Numbered from the stretch's first letter, positions 1 to 8,769 are shown. The stretch is DNA of 34,928 nucleotides from Kiritimatiellia bacterium (GCA_047920915.1 JBLRXB010000003.1:1-34928), one strand, 5' to 3'. Made by a program: numbers and translations. Notes: generated by a model from the letters alone, not told the origin.

Positions 1-1
1 T

Positions 2-367
2 GCCAAGGAACGACGGTTGCTGGAATTGTTGCGGTTTGATGCGTTGAGCGATTCGCCGACGTGGTACCTGGATGGGTGTGGCCGACAGCCGCGTGAGCAG
101 GGCGGTTGTCTGCTTCTAAGCGGGTATTGTCTCGGATTTTCGATCGATACCCCAGCCTACCAGCCCAATCTGGATTTCGGGCGGCGCGAGGATCATTTGT
201 TTGCCGGACACGAGATGGGGGAGGATGTGGATCGCAGTCTACGTATTTACCGCGAGCAGGCCAGGAAGCTCTGTTCGCGGATCTCGAATGAAATTCCGGT
301 TTTGCGCAATGCGCTGTATTGGGGCGAGCGCTATTTCGAGCCGGTGGCTGTCTATGTGAATGGGTAA
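2..367 (+). CDS. Hypothetical protein, C-terminal part (runs off the left edge)
   Basis: Frame is open from base 2 to TAA at 365-367; its 3' end overlaps the convergent gene by 16 nt; no family motif recognised. Confidence 0.6.
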   Translation, partial: AKERRLLELLRFDALSDSPTWYLDGCGRQPREQGGCLLLSGYCLGFSIDTPAYQPNLDFGRREDHLFAGHEMGEDVDRSLRIYREQARKLCSRISNEIPVLRNALYWGERYFEPVAVYVNG

Positions 368-2067
368 TGCCAGGTGTGGCCGGGCAGTTCTTTGGTGGTG
401 GTGAAGCGGTAGGTTTCGTTTGCGGCTTGCAGTGTGACGGTATCTGTTTCGATTTCGATCGTTAGCGGGCATTGGGTGCGGTTGTGCAGCAGGTTGGCGA
501 GGAGCAAGGCTTTTTCCAGGCCATCACCGCGTTGGAAGTTCCAGGCCTCATCGGGCTGCGACAGGCGTGTACTTCCATCATAGATGGATTCCGAGGCGAG
601 CGCATCGACAAGCCCGAATAATGCTTCGGTTGGTTGCGCGGTGGTTGCGGCAAGGCAGACGGGGTTGCGCTCGAAACAGGCTTTCAAGAATGGGGCGGGT
701 TCGATGGTGGCCAGATCGCGATAGGCATAAAAGGCGAGATCTACCGTGGTGTTTTGGGTGCGCACGGCCTGTAGGTGTGCAACAATCGCTTCGCGGCTCA
801 TTTGTGGCGTGATTTGGATTTCTGCCTGCGGGCGCCGGATGGTTTTGGTGGCGGCTTCCGGTAATCGTGGTTGCACGTTGCAAAAGCGGATGAGTGCTTT
901 AAGAGCGAGACGGGCATCGAGGCAATCGCAATCGAATTGTTTTTCCAGTAGGCTGATATCTCCGGCATTGTCGAGATCAATATTTTTTTCGGCTATGAAC
1001 GTTTCGAGATCGTTGAGCACGATTCGTTTCGCGATGGGGGTGCATTCGAATTCCTCGCGTTCGATTTCACGCAAGAGTTTGGGGCGCGTATTGTCGGTGA
1101 CTTTGTAAGAGCTTCCGTTTTCGTAGGCGAAGGCTTTTTCGAGCGGAATATAGCATGGGCTGCCGCAGTGCGCGCTGCGCAGCTGGAAGCATTTCTGGTC
1201 TTGGGGTGCTTGGCGGATGAAATTGCCAAGAATCTCCTTGTTCAGGGGCGTATGCAGGAATGCGCGTATTTCTTTGGCAAAGTGTTCATAGGCCGTCAGG
1301 TCGATCGAGGCCTCTTCGTAGATGGCATGGATGGTGCCGGACACATGGGAGACAATTGTCACGCGTTCGTTTTCGAGTGCGCGGCGTGCCTGGGCGGAGA
1401 GAGCGGTGCCGTTGAACCACATATTCTTGGTGACTAGGCGGCGGTTGTTGGTGAGAATGCCATCATTTACCAGGACAAAGTTCTGGGAGTGCAATGGTGT
1501 CGCGAGCAGAAAAATATCGGCGAGGGGGATTTCTGCGATCAGAAACAGGGCGGCGGCATAGAGCGCGGCCAGTGATACGCATTCGCCTGCGCCGGCGTGG
1601 TATCCGGGGCGGTGGCAGAAGGCATCCATGGCTTCGACGGTTTCCGTTTTCCAGTAGGGAATGATATGGCCTTCGTATTTATCGAGTCCGAAGTGGGTGC
1701 GGATATCGATGTCGAAGTAGTATTTGTCGCCCTCGTAGCCGAAGAGGGCATTGGATTGGCTAAGGGTATCGCGATCGATGAAGTCGCTGAAACGCGCCAA
1801 TTCGGTTTCGGCGTTGGTGAGGCCCCAGGTGTCGAGATCCAGGTTGAAGTCGTAGTGGTCCATGATGAATTGCTTGAGGCGTGTGATACGCTTGTAGGGT
1901 TTCATCTTCTCGATGCCGTCGAACCAAGGGTCTGCGCGCCATTTCCAGATCCGGGGGGACATGATATTGGCCAGCACGAGGCTGAACATGAGTTCCGGAA
2001 AGATAAAGATTTCCATATCTGACAAGGTGATGGCTGAAGAGGCTTTTTCGCGTTGGCGGTTATCCAT
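352..2067 (-). CDS. Hypothetical protein (571 aa) with transglutaminase/papain-like motifs
   Basis: Long ORF. ATG at 2067 (MDNRQREK) follows an AAGGAG Shine-Dalgarno, so it is preferred over 2160. Contains GAGECVSLAALYAAAL...PLHSQNF...TNN and a second RGDGLEKALLLANLL motif. Confidence 0.8.
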   Translation of the reverse strand: MDNRQREKASSAITLSDMEIFIFPELMFSLVLANIMSPRIWKWRADPWFDGIEKMKPYKRITRLKQFIMDHYDFNLDLDTWGLTNAETELARFSDFIDRDTLSQSNALFGYEGDKYYFDIDIRTHFGLDKYEGHIIPYWKTETVEAMDAFCHRPGYHAGAGECVSLAALYAAALFLIAEIPLADIFLLATPLHSQNFVLVNDGILTNNRRLVTKNMWFNGTALSAQARRALENERVTIVSHVSGTIHAIYEEASIDLTAYEHFAKEIRAFLHTPLNKEILGNFIRQAPQDQKCFQLRSAHCGSPCYIPLEKAFAYENGSSYKVTDNTRPKLLREIEREEFECTPIAKRIVLNDLETFIAEKNIDLDNAGDISLLEKQFDCDCLDARLALKALIRFCNVQPRLPEAATKTIRRPQAEIQITPQMSREAIVAHLQAVRTQNTTVDLAFYAYRDLATIEPAPFLKACFERNPVCLAATTAQPTEALFGLVDALASESIYDGSTRLSQPDEAWNFQRGDGLEKALLLANLLHNRTQCPLTIEIETDTVTLQAANETYRFTTTKELPGHTWHYPFT

Positions 2068-2144
2068 GGTGGTTCTCCTTTTGGGGGGCATTGTAATGGC
2101 AGGGGATGCATAACCCAAGCGCGAAAGTTGAGGTATGGCCGCGG

Positions 2145-2163
2145 GGAGCCGTGTGAACACGGC
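2145..2163 (+). repeat. Palindromic repeat copy 1: GGAG-CCGTGTGAACACGGC (REP-like)
   Basis: The 17-mer AGCCGTGTGAACACGGC (2147-2163) is identical to 5347-5363; internal inverted repeat GCCGTGT-GA-ACACGGC; intergenic. Confidence 0.7.
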
Positions 2164-2274
2164 CAGCAGGACGGGGACGGCGTGCGAATGGTTTCGTGAG
2201 CAGGCCGAGAACCCCGATGATGCGGTTTCGATTGGCGGTTGCGGGGAAAGGCGGTATCGGTTAGGTTATCGGCC

Positions 2275-2889
2275 ATGGATGTCAAGATTTGTGGGTTAAC
2301 GAATTTGGATGATGCGCGTTGTGCCGTGGATGCAGGCGCGGATTATCTGGGGTTTGTGCTGTATGCGGGGTCGCCGCGGGGTATTCGCATTGCGGATATG
2401 GCGCGTATCCGAGAGGGGCTGGGCGGCGCGGTTCGGATGGTGGCGGTGATGGTGAATCCTTCTTATGACGAGGCGCTGGCGGCGATTGAGAGCAGTGGTG
2501 CCGATGTGGTGCAGGTGCATGGTGCGGTGGCGTACGATGATTTTGTGACATTTCCGTATCCTTTGTGGCGGGCGGTAGCGGCTTCGGCTTTGCACAGTGT
2601 GCCGGAGCCGCAGGATTGGCCGGCGGCGCGCTATGTGGTGGATGCCGCGGTACCGGGGCAGCATGGGGGAACGGGGGTACATGCGGACTGGGAAGTGGCC
2701 GCCGCTTTAGCAGCGGTATACCCCGTTATGCTGGCGGGTGGTTTGAAGCCGGATATGGTTGCGAAGGCGATTCGCGCTGTGCGCCCGCTTGGTGTTGATG
2801 TGTCCAGTGGCGTTGAAATGGTGCCCGGCAAAAAGGATCCTGCCTTGGTGCGATCTTTCATTGCGAAAGCAAGGATGGTTGCCGCGTAA
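2275..2889 (+). CDS. trpF: Phosphoribosylanthranilate isomerase
   Basis: VKICGLT, GADYLGFV, SPR, VQVHG, GGTG, LAGGL and GVDVSSGVE...GKKD motifs; ATG at 2275; lies upstream of trpB. Confidence 0.95.
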   Translation: MDVKICGLTNLDDARCAVDAGADYLGFVLYAGSPRGIRIADMARIREGLGGAVRMVAVMVNPSYDEALAAIESSGADVVQVHGAVAYDDFVTFPYPLWRAVAASALHSVPEPQDWPAARYVVDAAVPGQHGGTGVHADWEVAAALAAVYPVMLAGGLKPDMVAKAIRAVRPLGVDVSSGVEMVPGKKDPALVRSFIAKARMVAA

Positions 2890-2926
2890 GGAATGGTTGC
2901 GGGAACCTGATTGATGCAGTAGGTTA

Positions 2927-2937
2927 TGTGTTAATAT
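2927..2937 (+). promoter_or_regulatory. Possible extended -10 promoter inside the operon, upstream of trpB
   Basis: TGTG-T-TAATAT in the relatively AT-rich 98-nt trpF-trpB gap; no well-spaced -35 found. Confidence 0.3.
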
Positions 2938-2987
2938 ATAGGAACAGACGGCCGGTTCAGTCTGCTGCTTCTGATTGAGGGTAATGT

Positions 2988-4187
2988 ATGAGCGTAATTC
3001 AGGATGGCCATTTTGGTGTATTTGGCGGGCGTTATGTGGCAGAGACGTTGATGCCCATACTCAAGGAAATCGAGCAAGCGTACAGCGAGGCATCGAAAGA
3101 TCCGGTTTTTCAGGCGGAGTTTGCCGATTTGCTGGAGCATTATGTGGGTCGTCCTTCGCCGCTGTATTTTGCGAAGCGGTTGACCGAGGCTTGGGGTGGG
3201 GCGAAGATCTATCTGAAGCGCGAGGATTTGAATCATACGGGGGCGCACAAGATCAACAACACGATCGGTCAAGCTTTGCTGGCCAAGCGTATGGGGTGCC
3301 GTAAGCTCATGGCGGAGACGGGGGCGGGTCAGCATGGGGTGGCAACGGCCACTGCTGCGGCGCTTTTTGGTATGGAGTGCAAGGTGTATATGGGGGCCGA
3401 GGATATTGTGCGACAAGCACCGAATGTGAAGCGAATGGAGCTGCTGGGGGCGCAGATTCACGCGGTTGAGAGTGGCACACGAACGCTCAAGGATGCCATG
3501 AGTGAGGCCTTGCGGGCATGGGTTGCCGAGGTAGCGGATACGTTTTATGTGATTGGATCGGCGGCCGGGCCGCATCCTTATCCGACGATGGTGCGTGATT
3601 TTCAGCGCATGGTTGGTGAAGAGTCGCGGCGTCAGTTTATCGCGCTTAGTGGCGGGAAATTACCAGATGCGGTACTGGCCTGTGTGGGCGGGGGCAGCAA
3701 TGCAGCGGGTATGTTCGCTGCTTTTGAGCATGACGCGGATGTTGCGCTGATTGGAGTGGAGGCGGCTGGTTATGGTGTTGCCACGGGCAAGCATGCGGCC
3801 AGTATTTCCGGCGGGCAGATCGGGATTCTGCATGGCAGCAAATCGTATGTGCTGCAGAGTGACGAGGGGCAGATCCAGAATGCACATTCTGTGAGTGCGG
3901 GTTTGGATTATCCTGGTGTAGGGCCCGAGCATGCTCATTGGGCCCAGACCGGGCGTGTCGCCTATCATGCGGTGACGGATGCAGAGGCCTTGGATGCATT
4001 TTTCGCGGTGACGCGTCTCGAAGGGATTATACCCGCGTTGGAAAGTTCGCATGCCGTGGCGGAAGCGCAGAAGCTTGCCAAGGATTATGGTTCGGACAAG
4101 TCGATCGTGATCAATCTATCCGGTCGGGGCGATAAGGACATGGAAACGGTTTTACGTATCATGAAGGAGCGGCATGAATCGCATTGA
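2988..4187 (+). CDS. trpB: Tryptophan synthase beta chain
   Basis: [16 protein letters not shown] (PLP lysine), [28 protein letters not shown] and NLSGRGDKD. Confidence 0.98.
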   Translation: MSVIQDGHFGVFGGRYVAETLMPILKEIEQAYSEASKDPVFQAEFADLLEHYVGRPSPLYFAKRLTEAWGGAKIYLKREDLNHTGAHKINNTIGQALLAKRMGCRKLMAETGAGQHGVATATAAALFGMECKVYMGAEDIVRQAPNVKRMELLGAQIHAVESGTRTLKDAMSEALRAWVAEVADTFYVIGSAAGPHPYPTMVRDFQRMVGEESRRQFIALSGGKLPDAVLACVGGGSNAAGMFAAFEHDADVALIGVEAAGYGVATGKHAASISGGQIGILHGSKSYVLQSDEGQIQNAHSVSAGLDYPGVGPEHAHWAQTGRVAYHAVTDAEALDAFFAVTRLEGIIPALESSHAVAEAQKLAKDYGSDKSIVINLSGRGDKDMETVLRIMKERHESH

Positions 4188-4956
4188 CAGCAAAATGAAA
4201 GCCTTGCGTGCGGCTGGACGCAAGGGTTTTGTGGCTTTTTTGACAGCCGGAGATCCGGATCGGGCGCAGTCGGAGGCGGATATTCGGGCGGCATTAGACA
4301 ACGGGGTTGATATCCTGGAGCTTGGGGTGCCCTTTTCGGACCCGACCGCGGATGGTCCGGTGATTCAGGCGGCATCGCTACGGGCACTGGAGCATGGGAT
4401 GAATCTGGAGCATGTGCTGGATCTCGTGCGTCGGCTGCGGGCGGACTACGATCAGCCGATTGTCTTGTTTGGTTATGTGAATCTGTTCTTTCGTTACGGG
4501 TATGAGCGTCTGGCCAAGCATGCGGCCGAGGCGGGAGTCGATGGGGTTCTCGTGGTGGATTTGCCCTATGAAGAGTGCGGTGAGATGGCCGGGTACTTGC
4601 AGCAGTATGGTTTGCATCGCATTCCGTTGGCAGCACCTACCACGGGGCTGGATCGGTTACGCATGATTCTGTCGGATGCCGGTGGCTTTGTATATTATAT
4701 CATGGTTACGGGGGTGACGGGGGCGCGTCAGTCTGTTCGTGGTGATCTGGCGGAGCGTTTGGTTGCGTTGCGTTCGGTGACCGAATTGCCTGTGGCGGTA
4801 GGTTTTGGCGTCAGTAATGGCGAGCAGGCGGCAGCCGTTGCCGCCTCAGCGGATGCGGTCGTTGTCGGCAGTGCGTTGATTGCGGCCGCGCGCGCGGGGC
4901 GGCTCGCGGAGCTTGTCAGGGAAATCCGGGCAGGTATCGACAAGGTGGTTTGTTGA
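4174..4956 (+). CDS. trpA: Tryptophan synthase alpha chain
   Basis: [33 protein letters not shown] and VVGSA; overlaps the end of trpB. Confidence 0.98.
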   Translation: MNRIDSKMKALRAAGRKGFVAFLTAGDPDRAQSEADIRAALDNGVDILELGVPFSDPTADGPVIQAASLRALEHGMNLEHVLDLVRRLRADYDQPIVLFGYVNLFFRYGYERLAKHAAEAGVDGVLVVDLPYEECGEMAGYLQQYGLHRIPLAAPTTGLDRLRMILSDAGGFVYYIMVTGVTGARQSVRGDLAERLVALRSVTELPVAVGFGVSNGEQAAAVAASADAVVVGSALIAAARAGRLAELVREIRAGIDKVVC

Positions 4957-4957
4957 T

Positions 4958-5356
4958 ATGGCGAAGGTATACCGATGTGATGTGCGGGTCCCGTATGCTG
5001 ATGTAGATCAAATGGGGGTGGTCTATTATGCCAATTATCTGGTTTATTTCGAGATGGCACGCAATGCCCTGTTGCGGGAAGCGGGGATGCCGTATACCCA
5101 GATGGAGCAGGATGGGGTGATGTTGCCGGTCGTCGAGGCACATTGCGAATATCATCTACCGGCAAAATATGATGATCTCATAACCGTTTGCTCCGCGTGT
5201 CTCCCGTTTGATGGTGTCAGGCTTCGGATTCAGTACGAAGTGTATCGTGAAGATACGCGCTTGATGACGGGGTACACGCATCATGTGTGCATGAGTCCGC
5301 AAGGGAAGGTGCTGCGTCCAACGGCGGCATTACAGCAGCTGGCGGTAGCCGTGTGA
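4958..5356 (+). CDS. Acyl-CoA thioesterase, YbgC/FadM (4HBT) hot-dog family
   Basis: RVPYADVDQMGVVYYANYLVYFEMAR motif and PAKYDD; ATG at 4958, 1 nt after the trpA stop. Confidence 0.9.
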   Translation: MAKVYRCDVRVPYADVDQMGVVYYANYLVYFEMARNALLREAGMPYTQMEQDGVMLPVVEAHCEYHLPAKYDDLITVCSACLPFDGVRLRIQYEVYREDTRLMTGYTHHVCMSPQGKVLRPTAALQQLAVAV

Positions 5357-5364
5357 ACACGGCT
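5345..5364 (+). repeat. Palindromic repeat copy 2: GTAG-CCGTGTGAACACGGCT (REP-like)
   Basis: Same 17-mer as 2147-2163; here the arms are 8 bp (AGCCGTGT-GA-ACACGGCT) and it contains the thioesterase TGA stop. Confidence 0.7.
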
Positions 5365-5400
5365 CGTGGGACTGAATGCCGTTCTGGTTGGTTGTGTGAG

Positions 5401-5429
5401 TTGACTTTTGTGGTTTGCATGCGTATTTT
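5401..5429 (+). promoter_or_regulatory. Putative sigma70 promoter of the FmdB-family gene
   Basis: TTGACT (5401-5406), 17-nt spacer, TATTTT (5424-5429), about 40 nt before the ATG at 5468. Confidence 0.5.
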
Positions 5430-5467
5430 TCCTGCACTTTTATGAAATAAGAATGTTGAGGTGTTGC

Positions 5468-5761
5468 ATGCCGACCTATGAATATGAGTGTACCAAGTGT
5501 GATCATCGTTTCGAGGCTTTCCAGAGTATGAAAGATGAGCCGCTGAAACGCTGTCCAAAGTGTCGTTGCAAGATTCGTCGTGTGCTGGGTAGTGGTGCGG
5601 GCATCATCTTCAAGGGCAGTGGATTTTATCAGACCGATTATCGCAGCAAGGATTATCACGATGCTGCGAAGAAGGACAAGAGTGCGGCTTCCAGTGCGCC
5701 AAAGGACAGTGCGAAAAAGTCCGAAAAATCATCGAAGCCGGAAAAGTCCAAGGATTCTTAG
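5468..5761 (+). CDS. FmdB-family zinc-ribbon protein (CxxC_CxxC_SSSS type)
   Basis: MPTYEYECTKC...CPKC...FKGSGFYQTDY with a Lys/Ser low-complexity tail; GAGGTG Shine-Dalgarno. Confidence 0.92.
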   Translation: MPTYEYECTKCDHRFEAFQSMKDEPLKRCPKCRCKIRRVLGSGAGIIFKGSGFYQTDYRSKDYHDAAKKDKSAASSAPKDSAKKSEKSSKPEKSKDS

Positions 5762-5762
5762 C

Positions 5763-6590
5763 TTAAGACTGGTACGTGCGGTGGCTGGGAAAGCTGCCGC
5801 AGATGCGCAGGCTGGTTGCCTCGATGCTCGCGGCCTGCAGTGCGCGTTTGACCGGCGTGCTTTCGGCATCGGCATCCAAATCCACTAAAAAGGCGTATTC
5901 CTGGCGTCGGCCGCGAATGGGCCGGGATACCAAGCGCGACAGGTTGATGTTTTCGGTCTGCAGGGTGCCCAGGAACCGGTACAGGCTGCCCGGGGTGTTA
6001 GGAAGGCATAGGGCCAATGTCGTCTTGCGTATACGTGGTAACCGTGCGGGGCGGTGGGCGATCACGATGAATGTGGTGACATTCGGTGTGCTGGATTCGA
6101 CCGGAAATTCGAGCAGTTCAAGGTTGAAACGTTTGGCGAGGAACCGGGAGCAGAGTGCTGCGCCATCGGGGTCGGCTGCCGTCCGGGCCGCTGCTGCCGC
6201 CGTGCTGTCGCATTCCTGCTTGTGAACGCCCGGAAGGTTGCTGTTAATCCAAGGGGCACAATGCTCCAGGGGCACAAAATGCGAGTATAATCTTTTGATG
6301 GTCTTGCCCTTGTGTCCCAGAAGTGCCAGTTTTACATGCAGGGCAATTTCCTCGTGAATATGGATCGCCTGGGTTTCGTCCAGCAATACGTCAACGGTCT
6401 CATTGATCGTTCCCCCGGAAGAATTCTCGATGGGAACAATGCCATAGGCCTTGGGGTGTCTGGCAATATAGGCGCACACGTCCAGGATGCCATCTTGCGG
6501 CAGCATGCGGCAGCCGGCAAATCGTTTTTGGGCCACCAGGTGCGAGTAGGTGCCGCTGGGGCCCAGAAAGGTAACGGTTGTATTTTTCAT
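5763..6590 (-). CDS. pheA: Prephenate dehydratase (PDT + ACT domains, no chorismate mutase domain)
   Basis: FLGPSGTYSH, GIVPIENSSGGTI, YSH, STAAAA, NVTTF, then the ACT domain PGSL...INLSRLVSRP...Y.FLVD and GSFP. Confidence 0.9.
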   Translation of the reverse strand: MKNTTVTFLGPSGTYSHLVAQKRFAGCRMLPQDGILDVCAYIARHPKAYGIVPIENSSGGTINETVDVLLDETQAIHIHEEIALHVKLALLGHKGKTIKRLYSHFVPLEHCAPWINSNLPGVHKQECDSTAAAAARTAADPDGAALCSRFLAKRFNLELLEFPVESSTPNVTTFIVIAHRPARLPRIRKTTLALCLPNTPGSLYRFLGTLQTENINLSRLVSRPIRGRRQEYAFLVDLDADAESTPVKRALQAASIEATSLRICGSFPSHRTYQS

Positions 6591-6742
6591 AATTGGATCA
6601 TTCTGAGTGGAATCGACGAAAGCAGGCTAGCAAAGCTCATGATTGCTTTTAAAGGAAATTCGGCATTATTTGTACTTGCTATCCGGCTTATCCTGGGGCA
6701 TATTGCCGCCTTACCTTTTTTTGAACAAGACAGGAGAGAGCC

Positions 6743-6937
6743 ATGGGAACAGGCCGTACATTCAACAAGAAACCAATTTCGCGCCCCAAGAAGGGTGTCA
6801 GTGAGCGCACACGTCGTATTGCCACGCATCGCAAGCGTTTAGTGGCGTTGGGTTTACCTGAAGAGCAATTACGTACGATGAATCCGGACGAGATGCGCAC
6901 GCTTCTACAGCGTCCGAAGCTGCTCGTGGCCAAATAA
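6743..6937 (+). CDS. Small basic hypothetical protein (64 aa)
   Basis: AGGAG Shine-Dalgarno before the ATG; Arg/Lys-rich; followed by a strong terminator. Confidence 0.8.
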   Translation: MGTGRTFNKKPISRPKKGVSERTRRIATHRKRLVALGLPEEQLRTMNPDEMRTLLQRPKLLVAK

Positions 6938-6965
6938 GGCGCGTTGCGGGTTGGTGCAGCATTTT

Positions 6966-7001
6966 GGGTGACACTTGCCCCGGCAGGTGTCACCCTTTTT
7001 T
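6966..7001 (+). terminator. Rho-independent terminator
   Basis: Stem GGGTGACACTTGC / GCAGGTGTCACCC (one G-U pair), loop CCCG, followed by TTTTTT. Confidence 0.85.
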
Positions 7002-7029
7002 GTTTGTGCAGCAATCGGGAGATTCCGTA

Positions 7030-8769
7030 TTGAAAGCTGGAACCATATTAGCGCAGGCATCCGGGGGCGATTGGTTACAGTTTCGTGATCCGCAGGCCGT
7101 TTTTTGCGCGTATGCATGCCGTGATGTGCGGGATGTCCTGTTGGCCGTTGATGCGGCGCTTGCATCGGGCAAGTATGTAGCCGGCTTCCTGGCATATGAA
7201 GCGGCAGGGGCATGCGATGCTGCTTTGGAGACGCATCCGCCTGATGGTGTTCCGCTGGCCTGGTTTGGCGTTTATGCGGGGGCAGAGCGTTTGGTTACGT
7301 TGCCGGAGGCGGCCTGTGCAGACGCGGGGCGGATGGATTGGCAGCCCGATACGGATCGGGCTGCCTATGGGGCTGCCATTCGCAAAATTCGATCCTGGAT
7401 TCAGGAAGGCGATACCTATCAGGTCAATTATACCTTGCGGTTGCGTTCTGCATTTACGGGGGATCCCTATGCCTTGTTCGTGCGGCTATGCCGGGCGCAA
7501 GCAGGGCGCTATGCTGTTTATGGCGATTTGGGTGATTGGGCGGTTTGCTCTGCTTCGCCGGAGTTATTTTTCGAGAAGACGGGTGCGGAAATACGGGTGC
7601 GCCCGATGAAGGGGACCGCTCCACGCGGTTTGACGGAGGCGGAAGATACGCGGATTCGTAATGGTCTGGCAATGTGCACCAAGAACCGTTCCGAGAATGT
7701 GATGATCGTGGATATGATCCGTAATGATCTCGGGCGCATTGCGGAGTCCGGGATGGTTGTGCCGGAGTCATTGTTCGAGGTAGAGCGTTATCCGACCTTG
7801 TTCCAGATGGTTTCGACTGTGCGAGCGCGTTCGCAGGCTTCCTTTGCTGAGATTGTGCGTGCGTTGTTTCCATGTGCCTCGATAACGGGGGCACCGAAGG
7901 TTCGAACGATGCAGATCATTCGCGCGCTGGAGACGAGTCCGCGTCATTTCTATACGGGTATGGGCGGGTATTGTACGCCGGATGGTGACGCGCGTTTCAC
8001 TGTGATGATTCGGACGGTCGTGGTGGATAAGCGGGCGGGCATGGCCGAGTATGGCGTTGGTGGTGGCATTGTCTGGGACTCGGTTGAGCAGCAGGAGTAC
8101 GATGAATGTTTAACCAAGGCGGCTGTGCTGACGCATGTACGCCCGGCTTTCGCGCTGTTGGAAACCCTGCGCTATGATCCGGATACCGGCTTCCGGTATC
8201 TGGCGGAACATTGCGAACGGGCGGCATCTTCGGCGCGCTATTGGGGGTATGCCTTTGATGGCGACAAGATGCTGGGCGTGTTGCTAGATGCGGTTGCCGG
8301 CAAAGCCATAACGCAGCGGGTGCGGTGGTTGCTAGCGAAAGATGGTGCGATGGAAGTGGCGTCTGTGGATTTGCAGCCTTTGGCGGATAAGCCGATCGGT
8401 GTTGCCGCTGAAGGGACATGTCGTAAGCATGATGTTTTCCTGTATCATAAAACGACGTGTCGTCAAGCCTATGAGCAGGCCCTGGCGCAATTTCCTGCTT
8501 GCGGGGATGTGATTCTCGTGAATGAGGATGGTGCTGTGACCGAATCCTGTCTGGCCAATGTTGTATTCGAGCGCGCTGGCAAAACGTACACGCCGCCGGT
8601 TGCCTGCGGATTGCTGGATGGTGCGATGCGCCGCGCACTTGTCCGTTCAGGCGCGCTGGAAGAGGCGCACATAACACGTGCGGAGTTGCTGCAGAGTGAT
8701 CAGGTCTGGCTGATCAACTCGGTGCGCGGTTGGATGCCCGTGCCACGGGAGCGGTTGGTTTGCGGCTAG
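7030..8769 (+). CDS. pabB: Fused aminodeoxychorismate synthase component I / class IV aminotransferase-like ADC lyase (PabB-PabC)
   Basis: GDTYQVNYT, SASPELF, RPMKGT, ENVMIVDMIRNDLG, FPCASITGAPK, GVGGGIVWDS, then LLETL, YHKTT, TESCLAN and GLLDG. TTG at 7030 follows GGGAG; the 6964 start would lie inside the terminator. Confidence 0.9.
   Translation: MKAGTILAQASGGDWLQFRDPQAVFCAYACRDVRDVLLAVDAALASGKYVAGFLAYEAAGACDAALETHPPDGVPLAWFGVYAGAERLVTLPEAACADAGRMDWQPDTDRAAYGAAIRKIRSWIQEGDTYQVNYTLRLRSAFTGDPYALFVRLCRAQAGRYAVYGDLGDWAVCSASPELFFEKTGAEIRVRPMKGTAPRGLTEAEDTRIRNGLAMCTKNRSENVMIVDMIRNDLGRIAESGMVVPESLFEVERYPTLFQMVSTVRARSQASFAEIVRALFPCASITGAPKVRTMQIIRALETSPRHFYTGMGGYCTPDGDARFTVMIRTVVVDKRAGMAEYGVGGGIVWDSVEQQEYDECLTKAAVLTHVRPAFALLETLRYDPDTGFRYLAEHCERAASSARYWGYAFDGDKMLGVLLDAVAGKAITQRVRWLLAKDGAMEVASVDLQPLADKPIGVAAEGTCRKHDVFLYHKTTCRQAYEQALAQFPACGDVILVNEDGAVTESCLANVVFERAGKTYTPPVACGLLDGAMRRALVRSGALEEAHITRAELLQSDQVWLINSVRGWMPVPRERLVCG

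Noticed and set aside
2068-2274. Possible trp attenuator or T-box leader before trpF
   Set aside because: No short ORF with tandem Trp codons, no T-box motif and no U-tailed terminator were found.
2147-5363. CRISPR array or IS ends as the explanation for the 17-nt repeat
   Set aside because: Only two copies 3.2 kb apart in direct orientation, with no spacers, cas genes or transposase between them.
5670-5758. Repetitive AAGGACAAG/AAGGACAGT/AAGTCC tract
   Set aside because: Encodes the ordinary Lys/Ser/Asp low-complexity tail of FmdB-family proteins.
6743-6937. Identity with the known PVC-superphylum signature small basic protein
   Set aside because: It lacks the RNVLKR.ER-type motif I recall for that family; kept as an unknown basic protein.
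7030-8769. PabB-PabC fusion as a novelty
   Set aside because: This fusion is a known, widespread architecture.
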